Notes: a model not told the origin generated them from the letters alone. Counted from the first letter of the stretch, positions 19,553-28,695 are shown. The stretch is DNA of 64,000 bases from a bacterium (GCA_030649135.1 JAUSGI010000008.1:152896-216895); one strand, 5' to 3'. Numbers and translations: made by a program.

Positions 19553-20009
19553 GTTTATCGATGTTTAAGAGTTCTACTTCAAAGATAAGGGTCGAATTGG
19601 GAGGAATAGTTCCTACCCCGAGCGGACCGTAGCCGTAGTCTGGGGCGACGGTGAGACGGCGCTTGCCTCCCACACGCATACCGGAGAGTCCGTCATCCCA
19701 ACCGCGAATAACTTCTCCTGTTCCAAGGGTAAAACTAAACGGTATGTTTCTATCAAGAGAACTATCGAAAACCCTTCCATCCGAAAGAGTGCCCACGTAA
19801 TGTACAGTAAGAGTATCCCCCGATTCTGCCACGAGACCCTCTCCCACTACCACTTCTTCCGTCACTATACCCGTCTCTAACGTTCGTGCGTTTAAGTTAT
19901 CAAGAGGAGGGTTAAAGAGATTCATGATGGGACTGGCAAACAAAAGATATGCTAATAAACCCAAACTTGCGGATACGGCAACCCATTGATTTTTGTTAAG
20001 ATGTCTCAT
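19539..20009 (-). CDS. FKBP-type peptidyl-prolyl cis-trans isomerase with N-terminal signal/TM
   Basis: [21 protein letters not shown]...[31 protein letters not shown]. Confidence 0.8.
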   Translation of the reverse strand: MRHLNKNQWVAVSASLGLLAYLLFASPIMNLFNPPLDNLNARTLETGIVTEEVVVGEGLVAESGDTLTVHYVGTLSDGRVFDSSLDRNIPFSFTLGTGEVIRGWDDGLSGMRVGGKRRLTVAPDYGYGPLGVGTIPPNSTLIFEVELLNIDKLAPR

Positions 20010-20059
20010 ATTTTTCTTTATACTTTATAGGCGTACTGTCTATATGATATGATAGCGCC

Positions 20060-20797
20060 ATGAAAGAATCAACTGGGAAAGCGCCCGTCAAAAATATCCT
20101 GACTTTAAGCCGAGAAGAAATGCACATCCTCGCCCGAGAGAGAGTCTCGGAAATCTCGAAAGAATTTACGGAAGGATTCGAATTTCTTGAAGATTACCCC
20201 AAATCCGTCACTTTCTTCGGCGCTAACCAGTCCCAGGAGGATAATCCTTATTACATAAGCGCCCGTGCCCTTGCCTCGCGAGTGGTCAAAGAGCTTGGCT
20301 ACTCGGTGCTCTCCGGCGGCGGTCCCGGTATCATGGAAGCGGCTAATCGAGGCGCCTTTGAAGCCGGAGGGAACTCGCTTGGGCTTCTGATTAAACTCCC
20401 GGAGGGACAGGTGATAAATAAATATATCACCAAGTCATTCGCTTCCTATTATTTCTTTGTACGCAAGGTTTGCCTTTCTTTCTCCGCCGAGGCGTTCATC
20501 TTTTATCCCGGCGGCTTTGGCACCCTCGACGAATTTTTTGAAATTTTGACTCTTATCCAAACAAGAAAAATCGCCAACGTGCCATTAATTTGCGTCGGTT
20601 CCGAATTCTGGAGTAAACTCAAAGATTTTATGAAAAAGGAACAACTTGGCCGTAAAGCCATCATGCCAGAGGACCTCAATCTCTTTCACATCGTCGATGA
20701 CCACGATAAAATTATAGAAATCATCAAGAAAGTACCGGTGCGCATCGGTGTGCCACTAACTAAAGCAAACGCCAAGATAACAGATAGATACGAATAG
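20060..20797 (+). CDS. LOG-family (TIGR00730) Rossmann-fold nucleotide-binding protein
   Basis: GGGPGIMEAANRGA motif and PGGFGTLDE. Confidence 0.8.
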   Translation: MKESTGKAPVKNILTLSREEMHILARERVSEISKEFTEGFEFLEDYPKSVTFFGANQSQEDNPYYISARALASRVVKELGYSVLSGGGPGIMEAANRGAFEAGGNSLGLLIKLPEGQVINKYITKSFASYYFFVRKVCLSFSAEAFIFYPGGFGTLDEFFEILTLIQTRKIANVPLICVGSEFWSKLKDFMKKEQLGRKAIMPEDLNLFHIVDDHDKIIEIIKKVPVRIGVPLTKANAKITDRYE

Positions 20798-20803
20798 GTA
20801 AAC

Positions 20804-20844
20804 ATAAAAAAACCGGCGGGACACCCAGAGTGGGTGTCCGCCGG
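20804..20844 (-). terminator. Rho-independent terminator for minus-strand gene 20859..21335
   Basis: GC hairpin ccggcgggacaccca/tgggtgtccgccgg. On the minus strand it is followed by a T run (an A7 run on the plus strand). Confidence 0.5.
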
Positions 20845-20858
20845 CGCGGCGGTTGCCG

Positions 20859-21335
20859 CTAGCGTTTCGAGTGGAGATAATGCTGATGAGGTAGGCGCTG
20901 GCGCGAGCGACGCTTCCTGCGGTGCGGGGAAGGACCATTTCCCCACGGGTACTCGTGGCCGTTCTGGCGGAACTCGCGAGAGAACATCGTCGCGATCTGT
21001 TGCGCCGCGCCTTTCACATGTGACGGGAAGGTCACGCACTTCCTGCCGACGGCAACACACGAACCGGTGGAAAGCCTCCGCACCCAGTCAGGCATCCCAT
21101 CGGCCGTGTTTGTAGGACGAGGGCTCCACCTGTTGACACCGAACTCGACGTCACAGAGCGCCACCACTACATTCCCACGCACCTTGGCTTCAGCCTCGAT
21201 CACGGACTTCACGACCACCGTTGTACATCCGTGCTCCTTGAGCGCCTCGATCACGAGGGCACTCCTGGGGTTGTGATGCTTGTCGGCCGGTTCGTGAATG
21301 GTAAAGAAGACCAGACCGCCGCTCTGTTCACCCAT
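20859..21335 (-). CDS. Hypothetical alpha/beta protein in a GC-rich segment
   Basis: ORF with beta-alpha-beta periodicity (LVFFTIHEPAD...ALVIEALKEHGCTTVVVKS). No family recognised. GC and codon usage differ from flanking genes. Confidence 0.35.
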   Translation of the reverse strand: MGEQSGGLVFFTIHEPADKHHNPRSALVIEALKEHGCTTVVVKSVIEAEAKVRGNVVVALCDVEFGVNRWSPRPTNTADGMPDWVRRLSTGSCVAVGRKCVTFPSHVKGAAQQIATMFSREFRQNGHEYPWGNGPSPHRRKRRSRQRLPHQHYLHSKR

Positions 21336-21432
21336 CTATCACCTCTCCCAAAGAATTGGACAAAGGGGATAACTGTCCTCTGACAGTCTAGCCCTAGAGC
21401 TTTGAGGGTGTCAAGGCAGAACTAAAACCATT

Positions 21433-21819
21433 TTAAAGTGATACCGGCCAAGGGGTCGGAATGGCGAGAAGCATCAAGACCGCGCCGAGAATGGCTAAGT
21501 TTTTCATAAACTGAATCTGGTCCATCATGCGCGCTTGGCCCTCTTCTTTCCAGAAAGTGTGCATGGTAAATGTCACCGGTATAAAGAAAAGTGCCACAGC
21601 AATGATGCCAGCTGTTACCCGCACTCCGGTGATGATAGTGTAGCCACCAAATAGCAACAGAAGTCCGGAAACAATTACTGCGACCTTCGCCATTGGCACT
21701 TTTTTGGATTCGGTATAGGCAATTAAATCTTTAGTCTTGAACAAATGATTATAGGCGTTGTAAAGCAAGAAACTTCCGAGCAAAAGTCGGCCGATAAAAA
21801 ATAAAATGTCCGTATTCAT
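21433..21819 (-). CDS. DoxX-family membrane protein
   Basis: Four TM helices of DoxX type (LLLGSFLLYNAYNHL...). Confidence 0.7.
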   Translation of the reverse strand: MNTDILFFIGRLLLGSFLLYNAYNHLFKTKDLIAYTESKKVPMAKVAVIVSGLLLLFGGYTIITGVRVTAGIIAVALFFIPVTFTMHTFWKEEGQARMMDQIQFMKNLAILGAVLMLLAIPTPWPVSL

Positions 21820-21881
21820 GTGGTTTAAATAAACTTATAAGTCCTCATATCATAACATTTATAGAGATCAATCGGTTCCAC

Positions 21882-21910
21882 TTGCATTTTATAAACACTT
21901 GTTGTATAAT
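21882..21910 (+). promoter_or_regulatory. Sigma70-like promoter TTGCAT-N17-TATAAT upstream of the SPFH gene
   Basis: -35 TTGCAT at 21882-21887, 17-nt spacer, -10 TATAAT at 21905-21910. RBS AGGAGAAG lies ahead of the ATG at 21979. Confidence 0.5.
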
Positions 21911-21978
21911 TAAGGCAGACAGCAGATAACCTTAGTAAACTTTCCCGCTCAACGTAGCGTAACCACAGGAGAAGAGTA

Positions 21979-23109
21979 ATGACAAATGTGTACGTGGCAC
22001 TCGGTTTCCTCGTTCTATGGACAATCATCTTCGCCTACGCCTCAATTGTCTTGGTGAAGACCGGGTCGATTGCGGTCGTGTTTCGATTCAGGGCGTTCAA
22101 ACGCGTCCTTGAACCCAGGACATTCCCCCACTTCATCATCCCAATCATTGACACCATCGAGAGGTATTCGACCCAGACTCATCAGGAGGAACTCCCGGCC
22201 GAAGCTGACAATATCGATCGGGTAAACGACATCCCCAGTCCCGGGAAAAAACTCCCTTTCCGTGTCCTCATGAAAGGAAAGGGGGAAGCCATCTTCTACG
22301 TGAAGAAGGCCGAGAGCGACGCTACCATCATCCGTACCGACCCACTCACAGCATGGAATCAGGTCCATTTCCAAGACCTTAATGAGCCAAGAAGAAAAGC
22401 TCTGGAGGAGGACTCGCTTCACGCCCCACTCACAGGAGAGATCGCGGTGGTCGTCGAGTGGTATTTGAAGGGCGACGACGAATATTCCATCAAAGACTTC
22501 GTCCAGAACGTCATCCCAGAGGGTGGGCGTAATCGAGAAGAAGAGATCAGGAAGCGTATCGAGGACATGGCATCCAGGACGCTTCAGGAACTCCTTGGAC
22601 CCGTTACTCTCGGTCATGCCCAAGAGATGATGTCTCTCTTCAGCCTACTCATAAAGGAAAGGACAGAGATTCTGGTCGGGGAAAAGGGTGAAGGGAGCAG
22701 ACCCTGGGGCATCCACATTCGTGATGCCTACATCAAGAGCATCCACCCGGGCCGGAGAGTGAACGAGGCCAGAGCGGATGCCGCAGCCGCAGTCAGCCAG
22801 AAGCAAGGAACAATCCGTATTGCCGAAGGTGTGGCAGTGGCAACCGAGCTGCAGGCCGAGGCTGACAAGACGAGGGAGATCAAGAAGGGCGAAGGAGAAG
22901 CCGCCCGGATCAACGCGATGGCTGCTGCGATGAAAGATCCTGACGCGCGCTTCATCGCCCAGCTCGACGTGCTGGAAACGGCCCTGCCGGCTGCCAACAC
23001 CGTGTACGTGGTGCCAAGTGACGGAGGACTCTTCGGCAACCTGCTCGCTCTCGGCAAAGAGGTCGTGAAAAATACGAAAAAGGAGGACAAACCAGAAGAC
23101 AAGAAATAG
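21979..23109 (+). CDS. SPFH/band-7 (stomatin/prohibitin-like) membrane protein
   Basis: N-terminal TM then band-7 core (SIAVVFRFRAFKRVLEPRTFPHFIIPIIDTI). C-terminal Ala/Glu-rich coiled coil. GC-rich relative to the window. Confidence 0.8.
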   Translation: MTNVYVALGFLVLWTIIFAYASIVLVKTGSIAVVFRFRAFKRVLEPRTFPHFIIPIIDTIERYSTQTHQEELPAEADNIDRVNDIPSPGKKLPFRVLMKGKGEAIFYVKKAESDATIIRTDPLTAWNQVHFQDLNEPRRKALEEDSLHAPLTGEIAVVVEWYLKGDDEYSIKDFVQNVIPEGGRNREEEIRKRIEDMASRTLQELLGPVTLGHAQEMMSLFSLLIKERTEILVGEKGEGSRPWGIHIRDAYIKSIHPGRRVNEARADAAAAVSQKQGTIRIAEGVAVATELQAEADKTREIKKGEGEAARINAMAAAMKDPDARFIAQLDVLETALPAANTVYVVPSDGGLFGNLLALGKEVVKNTKKEDKPEDKK

Positions 23110-23185
23110 ACAGGAAGTGTTCGTGTGCCGTCGCCAGCTTTCAGCTGGCGGCGGCACTTTTATTTATAAAATTCTATCACATCTA

Positions 23186-23214
23186 TTGACATAATTGAAT
23201 CAAAGGTGTATAAT
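23186..23214 (+). promoter_or_regulatory. Consensus sigma70 promoter TTGACA-N17-TATAAT
   Basis: Perfect -35 (23186-23191) and -10 (23209-23214) hexamers with 17-nt spacing. AAAGGA RBS and ATG at 23258. Confidence 0.55.
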
Positions 23215-23257
23215 TCTAGTAGATGCTCTCCACAAACTAACAGAAAGGACAGGCGAA

Positions 23258-23767
23258 ATGACGCTACTGGTAATTATCGCCATCGGAATTTTAGGGACGA
23301 TACTGGCTGGCTACACAGCATACCGCCTTCGCGACACGTCGGTCAGGCGCCAGCGGCAGACCAGACGACGTGTACGAACAGAAGATACTGCTGTAGCGGC
23401 TCCGCAACCGACACCGACACCACGTCGTCGCTCCTCACCAGGAGGAAACGGATGTCTGGTGTGGCTAGTCTTAATCGTCGTGATTGTCTTAGGAATCAGT
23501 GCCTACTCGTACTGGTCTTCCAAGGCAACAACGCCGGCGGTGCCTATCGCATCAGACGAGATAACCACCGTGGTGGCCCGGCCGGGACAACCGGCCGAGG
23601 TTGTCGTCCGAAGAGGGTGGCAACTCCAGGTTTGGGATAGGGACCACTCCAAGTTCTCTAGCCGTATGATACGGCGGGGGGAAGACCGGGTGTGGGTCTT
23701 CATCACCAAGAAGGGAGTGGAGTCCGCGGAAATCAAAGTCCGCGTGTACTATGCCCCGCGGAGGTAG
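23258..23767 (+). CDS. Hypothetical membrane protein (2 TM, Arg-rich linker)
   Basis: Start at the MTLLVIIAIGILG Met, which has an RBS. Two hydrophobic helices. Terminator downstream. Confidence 0.5.
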   Translation: MTLLVIIAIGILGTILAGYTAYRLRDTSVRRQRQTRRRVRTEDTAVAAPQPTPTPRRRSSPGGNGCLVWLVLIVVIVLGISAYSYWSSKATTPAVPIASDEITTVVARPGQPAEVVVRRGWQLQVWDRDHSKFSSRMIRRGEDRVWVFITKKGVESAEIKVRVYYAPRR

Positions 23768-23788
23768 GGGGGGGAGAACAGCGCAATA

Positions 23789-23830
23789 CCAAAGGCGCCA
23801 CGACCTCGGAGGTCGTGGCGCTCTTTTCTT
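23789..23830 (+). terminator. Rho-independent terminator
   Basis: Hairpin gcgccacgacctc/gaggtcgtggcgc followed by tcttttcttt. Confidence 0.6.
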
Positions 23831-23858
23831 TAGCCTGAGCTTGTCGAAGGGCCAATTT

Positions 23859-24122
23859 TCAGTTAACCGGATAACGGGCAGGAATACCAAACGTACCAAG
23901 AATTAAGTGGATCAAACCATAAGCAGAAATCATAATGAACATCCCAAAAAGCCCCCAGAAGATTTTCCTCTTCCCCTCGTCACGATTAGTATCGGTAGTC
24001 TGGGATGCAATGAATTGAAAGACACCCCAAAAGAACACCAGAAAAGCGATAGCAAACGCCAAGAGAATCAGAGGGTTCAGTATGAACTGATTAATCTTAC
24101 CGAGAAAAACAGAAATATCCAT
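23859..24122 (-). CDS. Pilin-like small membrane protein, paralog 1 of 6 (VirB2/TrbC-type two-helix topology)
   Basis: TM1 ends ...FFWGVFQFIA. Charged loop TDTNRDEGKRK. TM2 IFWGLFGMFIMISAYG. Paralogous to the next five genes. Confidence 0.55.
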   Translation of the reverse strand: MDISVFLGKINQFILNPLILLAFAIAFLVFFWGVFQFIASQTTDTNRDEGKRKIFWGLFGMFIMISAYGLIHLILGTFGIPARYPVN

Positions 24123-24129
24123 CCACTAA

Positions 24130-24474
24130 CTATAGGCCAATAATCCCCGGAGGTTGGATGTTTGAATTATCAGTAATACCCAAGTTAGTACCGATGAACC
24201 TGACAAGACCCCAGACGGAAACCATGACGAATAGGGCAATGAGGCCCCAGAGCATAATTTTCTTGGCTTCCGTCTTGGACGCCTCATCTCCTTGAGCAAA
24301 GATGAATTTGACCAAACCCCAGAAAAATGCCAGAAGGGCAAGACCCACGACAATTGGCAACGCGAGAGCTACCAAACCTTTAATACTATTAAAGAGTATC
24401 GTTATGTTGCCAAGCGTCTGGGCGAAGGCAAATGCCGGAACAAGCGCCAGAGTCACAAGAATGACTTTTTTCAT
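24130..24474 (-). CDS. Pilin-like small membrane protein, paralog 2 (signal peptide + two-helix core)
   Basis: Signal peptide. Core FFWGLVKFIFAQGDEASKTEAKKIMLWGLIALFVMVSVWG. Confidence 0.6.
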   Translation of the reverse strand: MKKVILVTLALVPAFAFAQTLGNITILFNSIKGLVALALPIVVGLALLAFFWGLVKFIFAQGDEASKTEAKKIMLWGLIALFVMVSVWGLVRFIGTNLGITDNSNIQPPGIIGL

Positions 24475-24570
24475 TTATTTAACTATCTAATATTACTTTT
24501 AATATACCTAAACGGTATGCCTATATGGTACAACAAGGCGCATAAAAGGCAATATGGTTATCCCCCGCAC

Positions 24571-24921
24571 CTATATCACAACAGGCGGGGGTGGAGGAGT
24601 TGTACTTTTAATCTCTAGCTGCACCTGCATGAATTTGATTATCCCCCAGACAGAGACCATGACAAAAAGGGCAATAAGACCCCATTTCATAATCCTCTTG
24701 CCCTCTTCTATTGCTTTCTCGTCTCCACTTACATGGAAGATAAACTTTACCAGACCCCAAAAGAATACCAAGAGGGATAGCCCGGCTAATACTATAATTG
24801 ATGTCTTCGTGAGAGCCCCGATTGCTTCTATGAGAGCCTTGAGACCAGTAAGAGGCGCGGCAAACACAAAACCCGGCAAGAGGAGGGCTACAAGCGCGAA
24901 TATATTTGAATATTTTTTCAT
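24571..24921 (-). CDS. Pilin-like small membrane protein, paralog 3
   Basis: Signal peptide. Core FFWGLVKFIFHVSGDEKAIEEGKRIMKWGLIALFVMVSVWG. C-terminal PPPPP. Confidence 0.6.
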   Translation of the reverse strand: MKKYSNIFALVALLLPGFVFAAPLTGLKALIEAIGALTKTSIIVLAGLSLLVFFWGLVKFIFHVSGDEKAIEEGKRIMKWGLIALFVMVSVWGIIKFMQVQLEIKSTTPPPPPVVI

Positions 24922-24934
24922 CTTAAATTAATAA

Positions 24935-25228
24935 CTACTTATACGGTGGTAAAAGTGGTAAACCGAACGGTCGACTGAAGCCTATGTCTCTATATGCGAA
25001 GGCGAGAATCGCCATAAGAGATGATAGCACAAAAAGCGCTATTAGTCCCCACTTCATTAAATTCTTGCCTTCCTCAACAGCCTTCTCGTCCCCGCCGACA
25101 CGGAAGATAAACTTGACCAGGCCCCAGAGGAACACCAATAAAGCAAGACTCGCGATTACAGGCAAGGCCGTGCGTATCAAGTCGATAAAGATATCCACCA
25201 GACCCTTGAAATCGCTTGGAGGGTTCAT
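24935..25228 (-). CDS. Pilin-like small membrane protein, paralog 4
   Basis: Core FLWGLVKFIFRVGGDEKAVEEGKNLMKWGLIALFVLSS. Confidence 0.6.
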   Translation of the reverse strand: MNPPSDFKGLVDIFIDLIRTALPVIASLALLVFLWGLVKFIFRVGGDEKAVEEGKNLMKWGLIALFVLSSLMAILAFAYRDIGFSRPFGLPLLPPYK

Positions 25229-25578
25229 CTTAGTTTATTAATAGTAGTCTCAATCACTTGCGCAAGCACCCAAGAACCGAGTAAGACCGCAGTACCCACA
25301 GACGTGTAGAGTAACGCCTTGTGGGCGGTCTTAAGATTCGTCTCATTGCCTTGTGCTGTGACATAAAGAAAGCCGGAATAGATGAAAGAGAGTACCGCAA
25401 GTACCCCGCCGATGGGTAGAATAATCTTGTCGATAATTATCCTAAGGAGGGTAAAGAGCGTGCAGTCCGAGCCACAGTTAATCGGGTTCTTTAGGGTTAA
25501 ACCATAAACCGAGACCGTGCCTAGGACAAAAAATATGGAGAATGATATTAGGGCGACGGATAATTTTTTCATGCTCAT
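25225..25578 (-). CDS. Pilin-like small membrane protein, paralog 5 (T4SS TrbC/VirB2-like)
   Basis: Signal peptide, a Cys pair (CGSDC), core GGVLAVLSFIYSGFLYVTAQGNETNLKTAHKALLYTSVGTAVLLGSW. Confidence 0.6.
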   Translation of the reverse strand: MSMKKLSVALISFSIFFVLGTVSVYGLTLKNPINCGSDCTLFTLLRIIIDKIILPIGGVLAVLSFIYSGFLYVTAQGNETNLKTAHKALLYTSVGTAVLLGSWVLAQVIETTINKLR

Positions 25579-25581
25579 GAT

Positions 25582-25890
25582 TTAAGGCGCACCCAAGAGA
25601 GAGTAGCCAGTATTAAGCAAGACACTCGTTATAGTATAAATCAGAAGCCAAGCTCCGAGTATCCACAGGTAGCCGACAAGTACTTTCCGGAAAATCTCTT
25701 TTGCCTTCGTCTTGGCCGACTCGTTACCGCCCGATGTCAGTAGGATAAAGCCAGCGTAGGCAAAAGCGGCGGTAGCAAGAAAAGTGGAGATGACTATCAG
25801 ATTATTTATAAGGTTTTGAGCAAGCAAAATCAGACTGGAGAAGGTACATAGTTTTTCCACACCATCACAGACTATAAGTGTCTTCCACAT
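25582..25890 (-). CDS. Pilin-like small membrane protein, paralog 6
   Basis: Core AAFAYAGFILLTSGGNESAKTKAKEIFRKVLVGYLWILGAWLL. Confidence 0.55.
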   Translation of the reverse strand: MWKTLIVCDGVEKLCTFSSLILLAQNLINNLIVISTFLATAAFAYAGFILLTSGGNESAKTKAKEIFRKVLVGYLWILGAWLLIYTITSVLLNTGYSLLGAP

Positions 25891-25892
25891 AA

Positions 25893-27176
25893 TTATGGTT
25901 TTATTAGCGCTTCAATCTCATTATGGGCATGGTAGACTGCCTCGAGAGTGCGGGCACGGCCACTGGTTACGGATTCTATTGCGTTATGAAAGATTGTTTT
26001 GGTCATCACGGTATCAGGGTCCAGCCAGCCCTTAGACTGAAGCGCCGCATCGTAAAAGACAGACAATGCCGTGTCAGCCGGTCTTACAGATAGGAGGTCG
26101 CGCCGTGCCGGTGGTAGAGAAAGAATCTCGGATAAAGCCCGCGCCACATCTTTTGACACCAATTTGGTGGCGAGGGCAAGTGCGGCGCCGGGATTTAGAG
26201 AACCGCGGGATATGGCCACCCCTCGCAGTCGCCCGAAGGTAACAGTCTTACCGGTGACTCTCGACTGGGGTACGGATGAGACGGCAAAGTTGAGAATGGG
26301 GTTTTTGTTCCTAAGCACGCGAAGTTCTGATGCAAAGCCCAGATAATAAGCGGAATCGCCACTTGTGAAGTGGGTCTGGGCATCAATGAGCGAACGATTC
26401 CAACTATAGTAGACCCTCGTCGGGTTTGAGAATTGGGTGTAAAAACTTAGGGCCGCCTCACCCGGCGAAATTGTCAAACCAAAAGTTTCGGCGATTTGTG
26501 AGCGCAATTCTATTCCGGCCAAACTGGTAATAGGCGTGCCGGCCTGAAGTAGCAGTAGAGCGAGAATGTCTTTGGCATGAGGAATATTTCGCGCCTCCCC
26601 CAGAGCCATGACCGAAGAAATGAGATTACCCGCGGCATCCTTTTTAGATAGATTGGTAGCGGCCGGATATATTTCATCCCAATACACAATAGGTCTGGCT
26701 TGCCCCGCTGCCGTAAGCAAATCTCTATTATAGTAAAGCACCAAGGGGTCTAGAGAGAGAGGAAGAGCGTAGATACCACCCGGGTCAAGGAAGAGTTCCC
26801 CTTCTTCAATGAATACGCTCTTGAAATCTCGCTCATTCACATTGCTGTAAGAAATGAGCGCGAGCTTGGGCTTATTTTTCCAAAGTTTGTCTTGAGTGAG
26901 AATAATCAGGTCAGGGCCAGTTCCCCGCGCCAACGCTTCGGTAAATTCCGCCTCTATTGTGTCAGCTGACTTTTCTTCATAACTTACGGAGAATGCCCGG
27001 TCTTCACCAAGAAGGGATGGGGTAAGTAAAAGATTAAAGTCCTGTGAGGTAATATCTCCCCAGACGGTTAAGGCAACATTCTGGCCACCAGAACCGCGAT
27101 ACAAAGAGAAGGCCGCCACGCCGGCGACAATAGCAACCGCGAAAATCGCTAAGAGAATAATCTGAAACTTTGACAT
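25893..27176 (-). CDS. Membrane-anchored extracellular solute-binding-protein-like protein (MalE/family-1 SBP fold)
   Basis: N-terminal TM anchor. VALTVWGD...GTGPDLIILTQD...LVLYYNRDLL pattern typical of sugar-type SBPs. First gene of the pilin-array operon. Confidence 0.55.
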   Translation of the reverse strand: MSKFQIILLAIFAVAIVAGVAAFSLYRGSGGQNVALTVWGDITSQDFNLLLTPSLLGEDRAFSVSYEEKSADTIEAEFTEALARGTGPDLIILTQDKLWKNKPKLALISYSNVNERDFKSVFIEEGELFLDPGGIYALPLSLDPLVLYYNRDLLTAAGQARPIVYWDEIYPAATNLSKKDAAGNLISSVMALGEARNIPHAKDILALLLLQAGTPITSLAGIELRSQIAETFGLTISPGEAALSFYTQFSNPTRVYYSWNRSLIDAQTHFTSGDSAYYLGFASELRVLRNKNPILNFAVSSVPQSRVTGKTVTFGRLRGVAISRGSLNPGAALALATKLVSKDVARALSEILSLPPARRDLLSVRPADTALSVFYDAALQSKGWLDPDTVMTKTIFHNAIESVTSGRARTLEAVYHAHNEIEALIKP

Positions 27177-27219
27177 ATGTTAATCCTACACTAAAACTAA
27201 AAGAACTAATCCCCATTGC

Positions 27220-27240
27220 TGTCAAAGACCGTCTTTGACA
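27220..27240. repeat. REP-like 21-bp palindrome tgtcaaagaccgtctttgaca (copy 1a)
   Basis: Near-perfect palindrome 11 bp upstream of the RAYT-1 start. Confidence 0.8.
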
Positions 27241-27250
27241 TAATAGGTTC

Positions 27251-27898
27251 ATGGGTAATAGAGACTATAAAAAATTTGCCACTGGAACTATCTTTCATAT
27301 ATACAATAGAGGCAATAACCGAGAAAAAATTTTCCATGATGAGCAGGACTATAAAGCGCTAATATTTAGAATTGGTCTGGCACTAGGATTCGAAGAAAAA
27401 GAACTGTCACATCAATTATGTCACCAACCATATTCAAGAATCAGGATTACAGGCACACATAAAGGAAAATTCAAGCTACACGCTTTTTGTCTTATGCCAA
27501 ATCATTTTCACTTACTTATCGAACAGTGTGAAGATGTGCCTATATCGAAAATTATCTCGAAAATATGTGCAAGTTATGCTAAATATGTAAATAAAAAATA
27601 CAAAAGAGTCGGGCATGTATTTCAGGATAAATTTAAAGCAGTACTTATGGAATCAAATGAACAACTTATGTGGATTTGCACATATATACACATGAATGCA
27701 GTGAAGGACAGTATGGTCAAACATCCAGATGAATATGTATGGAGTAGCTACAATGACTATACAACTGACAGAAATCTGCCAATCATAAATACTGACTTTT
27801 TGATCTCACTATTTGGTGATAAAAATAGTTTCAAAAAAGAGACCCTCCGCCCTTACTCAGATAGCCTGTCAAAGACCGTCTTTGACATTAAGAGTTGA
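27251..27898 (+). CDS. REP-associated tyrosine transposase (RAYT) / IS200-like Y1 HUH transposase, paralog 1
   Basis: YxxxRGN N-terminal motif (FHIYNRGNNREKIF), HUH motif CLMPNHFHLLIE and catalytic Tyr region CTYIHMNAV. AT-rich gene flanked by REP palindromes. Confidence 0.75.
   Translation: MGNRDYKKFATGTIFHIYNRGNNREKIFHDEQDYKALIFRIGLALGFEEKELSHQLCHQPYSRIRITGTHKGKFKLHAFCLMPNHFHLLIEQCEDVPISKIISKICASYAKYVNKKYKRVGHVFQDKFKAVLMESNEQLMWICTYIHMNAVKDSMVKHPDEYVWSSYNDYTTDRNLPIINTDFLISLFGDKNSFKKETLRPYSDSLSKTVFDIKS
27867..27887. repeat. REP-like palindrome tgtcaaagaccgtctttgaca (copy 1b)
   Basis: Identical to copy 1a. Overlaps the last codons of RAYT-1 (KTVFD). Confidence 0.8.
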
Positions 27899-27918
27899 AA
27901 CATATCGGTCTGGATTAT

Positions 27919-28695
27919 TTATTTCAAAACCACCATCAGGTGATCTGAGAAATCGATATAGCCACCCTTTTGATATTCTTTGATTTTCTTAAGGAACTCT
28001 TCAGCCTCTGTATCATTCGGAAAAGAATCAGTATTATGAATAAATCTATAGAAAATCTTGAGGTCAAAACGGCTATTAGTCGTAAGGATATCTCCAACAA
28101 ACATTCTCATCCTTAATCTCTTAACCTCGACCTTAAACCCGAGTTTCTTATAGAAATCAGCGATGTATTCTGCATAATTAAATTCTGGGTAAACCTGTTG
28201 CAACATTATCTTATAGTGATCGCTATCTTCAGGAAGAGTGAGAATAAGCAATTTGCCATCATTATTTAATAAGTCAGGAAGTTTAGAGAGTTGTGCATTA
28301 TAATCTTTTTCATTGAGACCCCAGTAATAGTTTGTGTGGGATGTAAAGACAATATCGTATTTTTTATCAGTTTTAAAAGTAGCAAGACTCCCTGGAAAAC
28401 ATTCCCCAATGTTATTTTCCAGAGTTAAAAATGCTTTGGCTGATGATAAGGCATTTTGATTAGGTTCAAGTAAGTCACAAATGTAGTCTCCTTCAACACG
28501 GTCAAGAATCTGCTTTGTAGTGTGGCCTTCGCCGCAACCAATATCAAGAACGAGTTTATTGGGGGAATTTTGAGTATTTATCTCTTTTACAATTTCAGCT
28601 ACAATCCCAAACCAATCCTCAGCAAAACTACGAATGTAGATATTTTCGTATACATCTGAAAATTCTTTTTCTCCCCAGAAATGCCACTTTGCCAT
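27919..28695 (-). CDS. Class I SAM-dependent methyltransferase
   Basis: Motif I LVLDIGCGEGHTT. AT-rich. Lies between REP copies 1b and 1c. Confidence 0.7.
   Translation of the reverse strand: MAKWHFWGEKEFSDVYENIYIRSFAEDWFGIVAEIVKEINTQNSPNKLVLDIGCGEGHTTKQILDRVEGDYICDLLEPNQNALSSAKAFLTLENNIGECFPGSLATFKTDKKYDIVFTSHTNYYWGLNEKDYNAQLSKLPDLLNNDGKLLILTLPEDSDHYKIMLQQVYPEFNYAEYIADFYKKLGFKVEVKRLRMRMFVGDILTTNSRFDLKIFYRFIHNTDSFPNDTEAEEFLKKIKEYQKGGYIDFSDHLMVVLK

Noticed and set aside
20813-20844. GC-rich palindrome ccggcgggacaccca...tgggtgtccgccgg considered as another REP copy
   Set aside because: No similarity to the REP arms. It is flanked by an A/T run, so it is better explained as a transcription terminator.
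23789-23830. Hairpin ccacgacctc/gaggtcgtgg resembling the RAYT-3 REP stem
   Set aside because: The loop and stem differ, and it is followed by a T-tract directly after a gene end. Treated as a terminator, although a REP-derived origin cannot be excluded.
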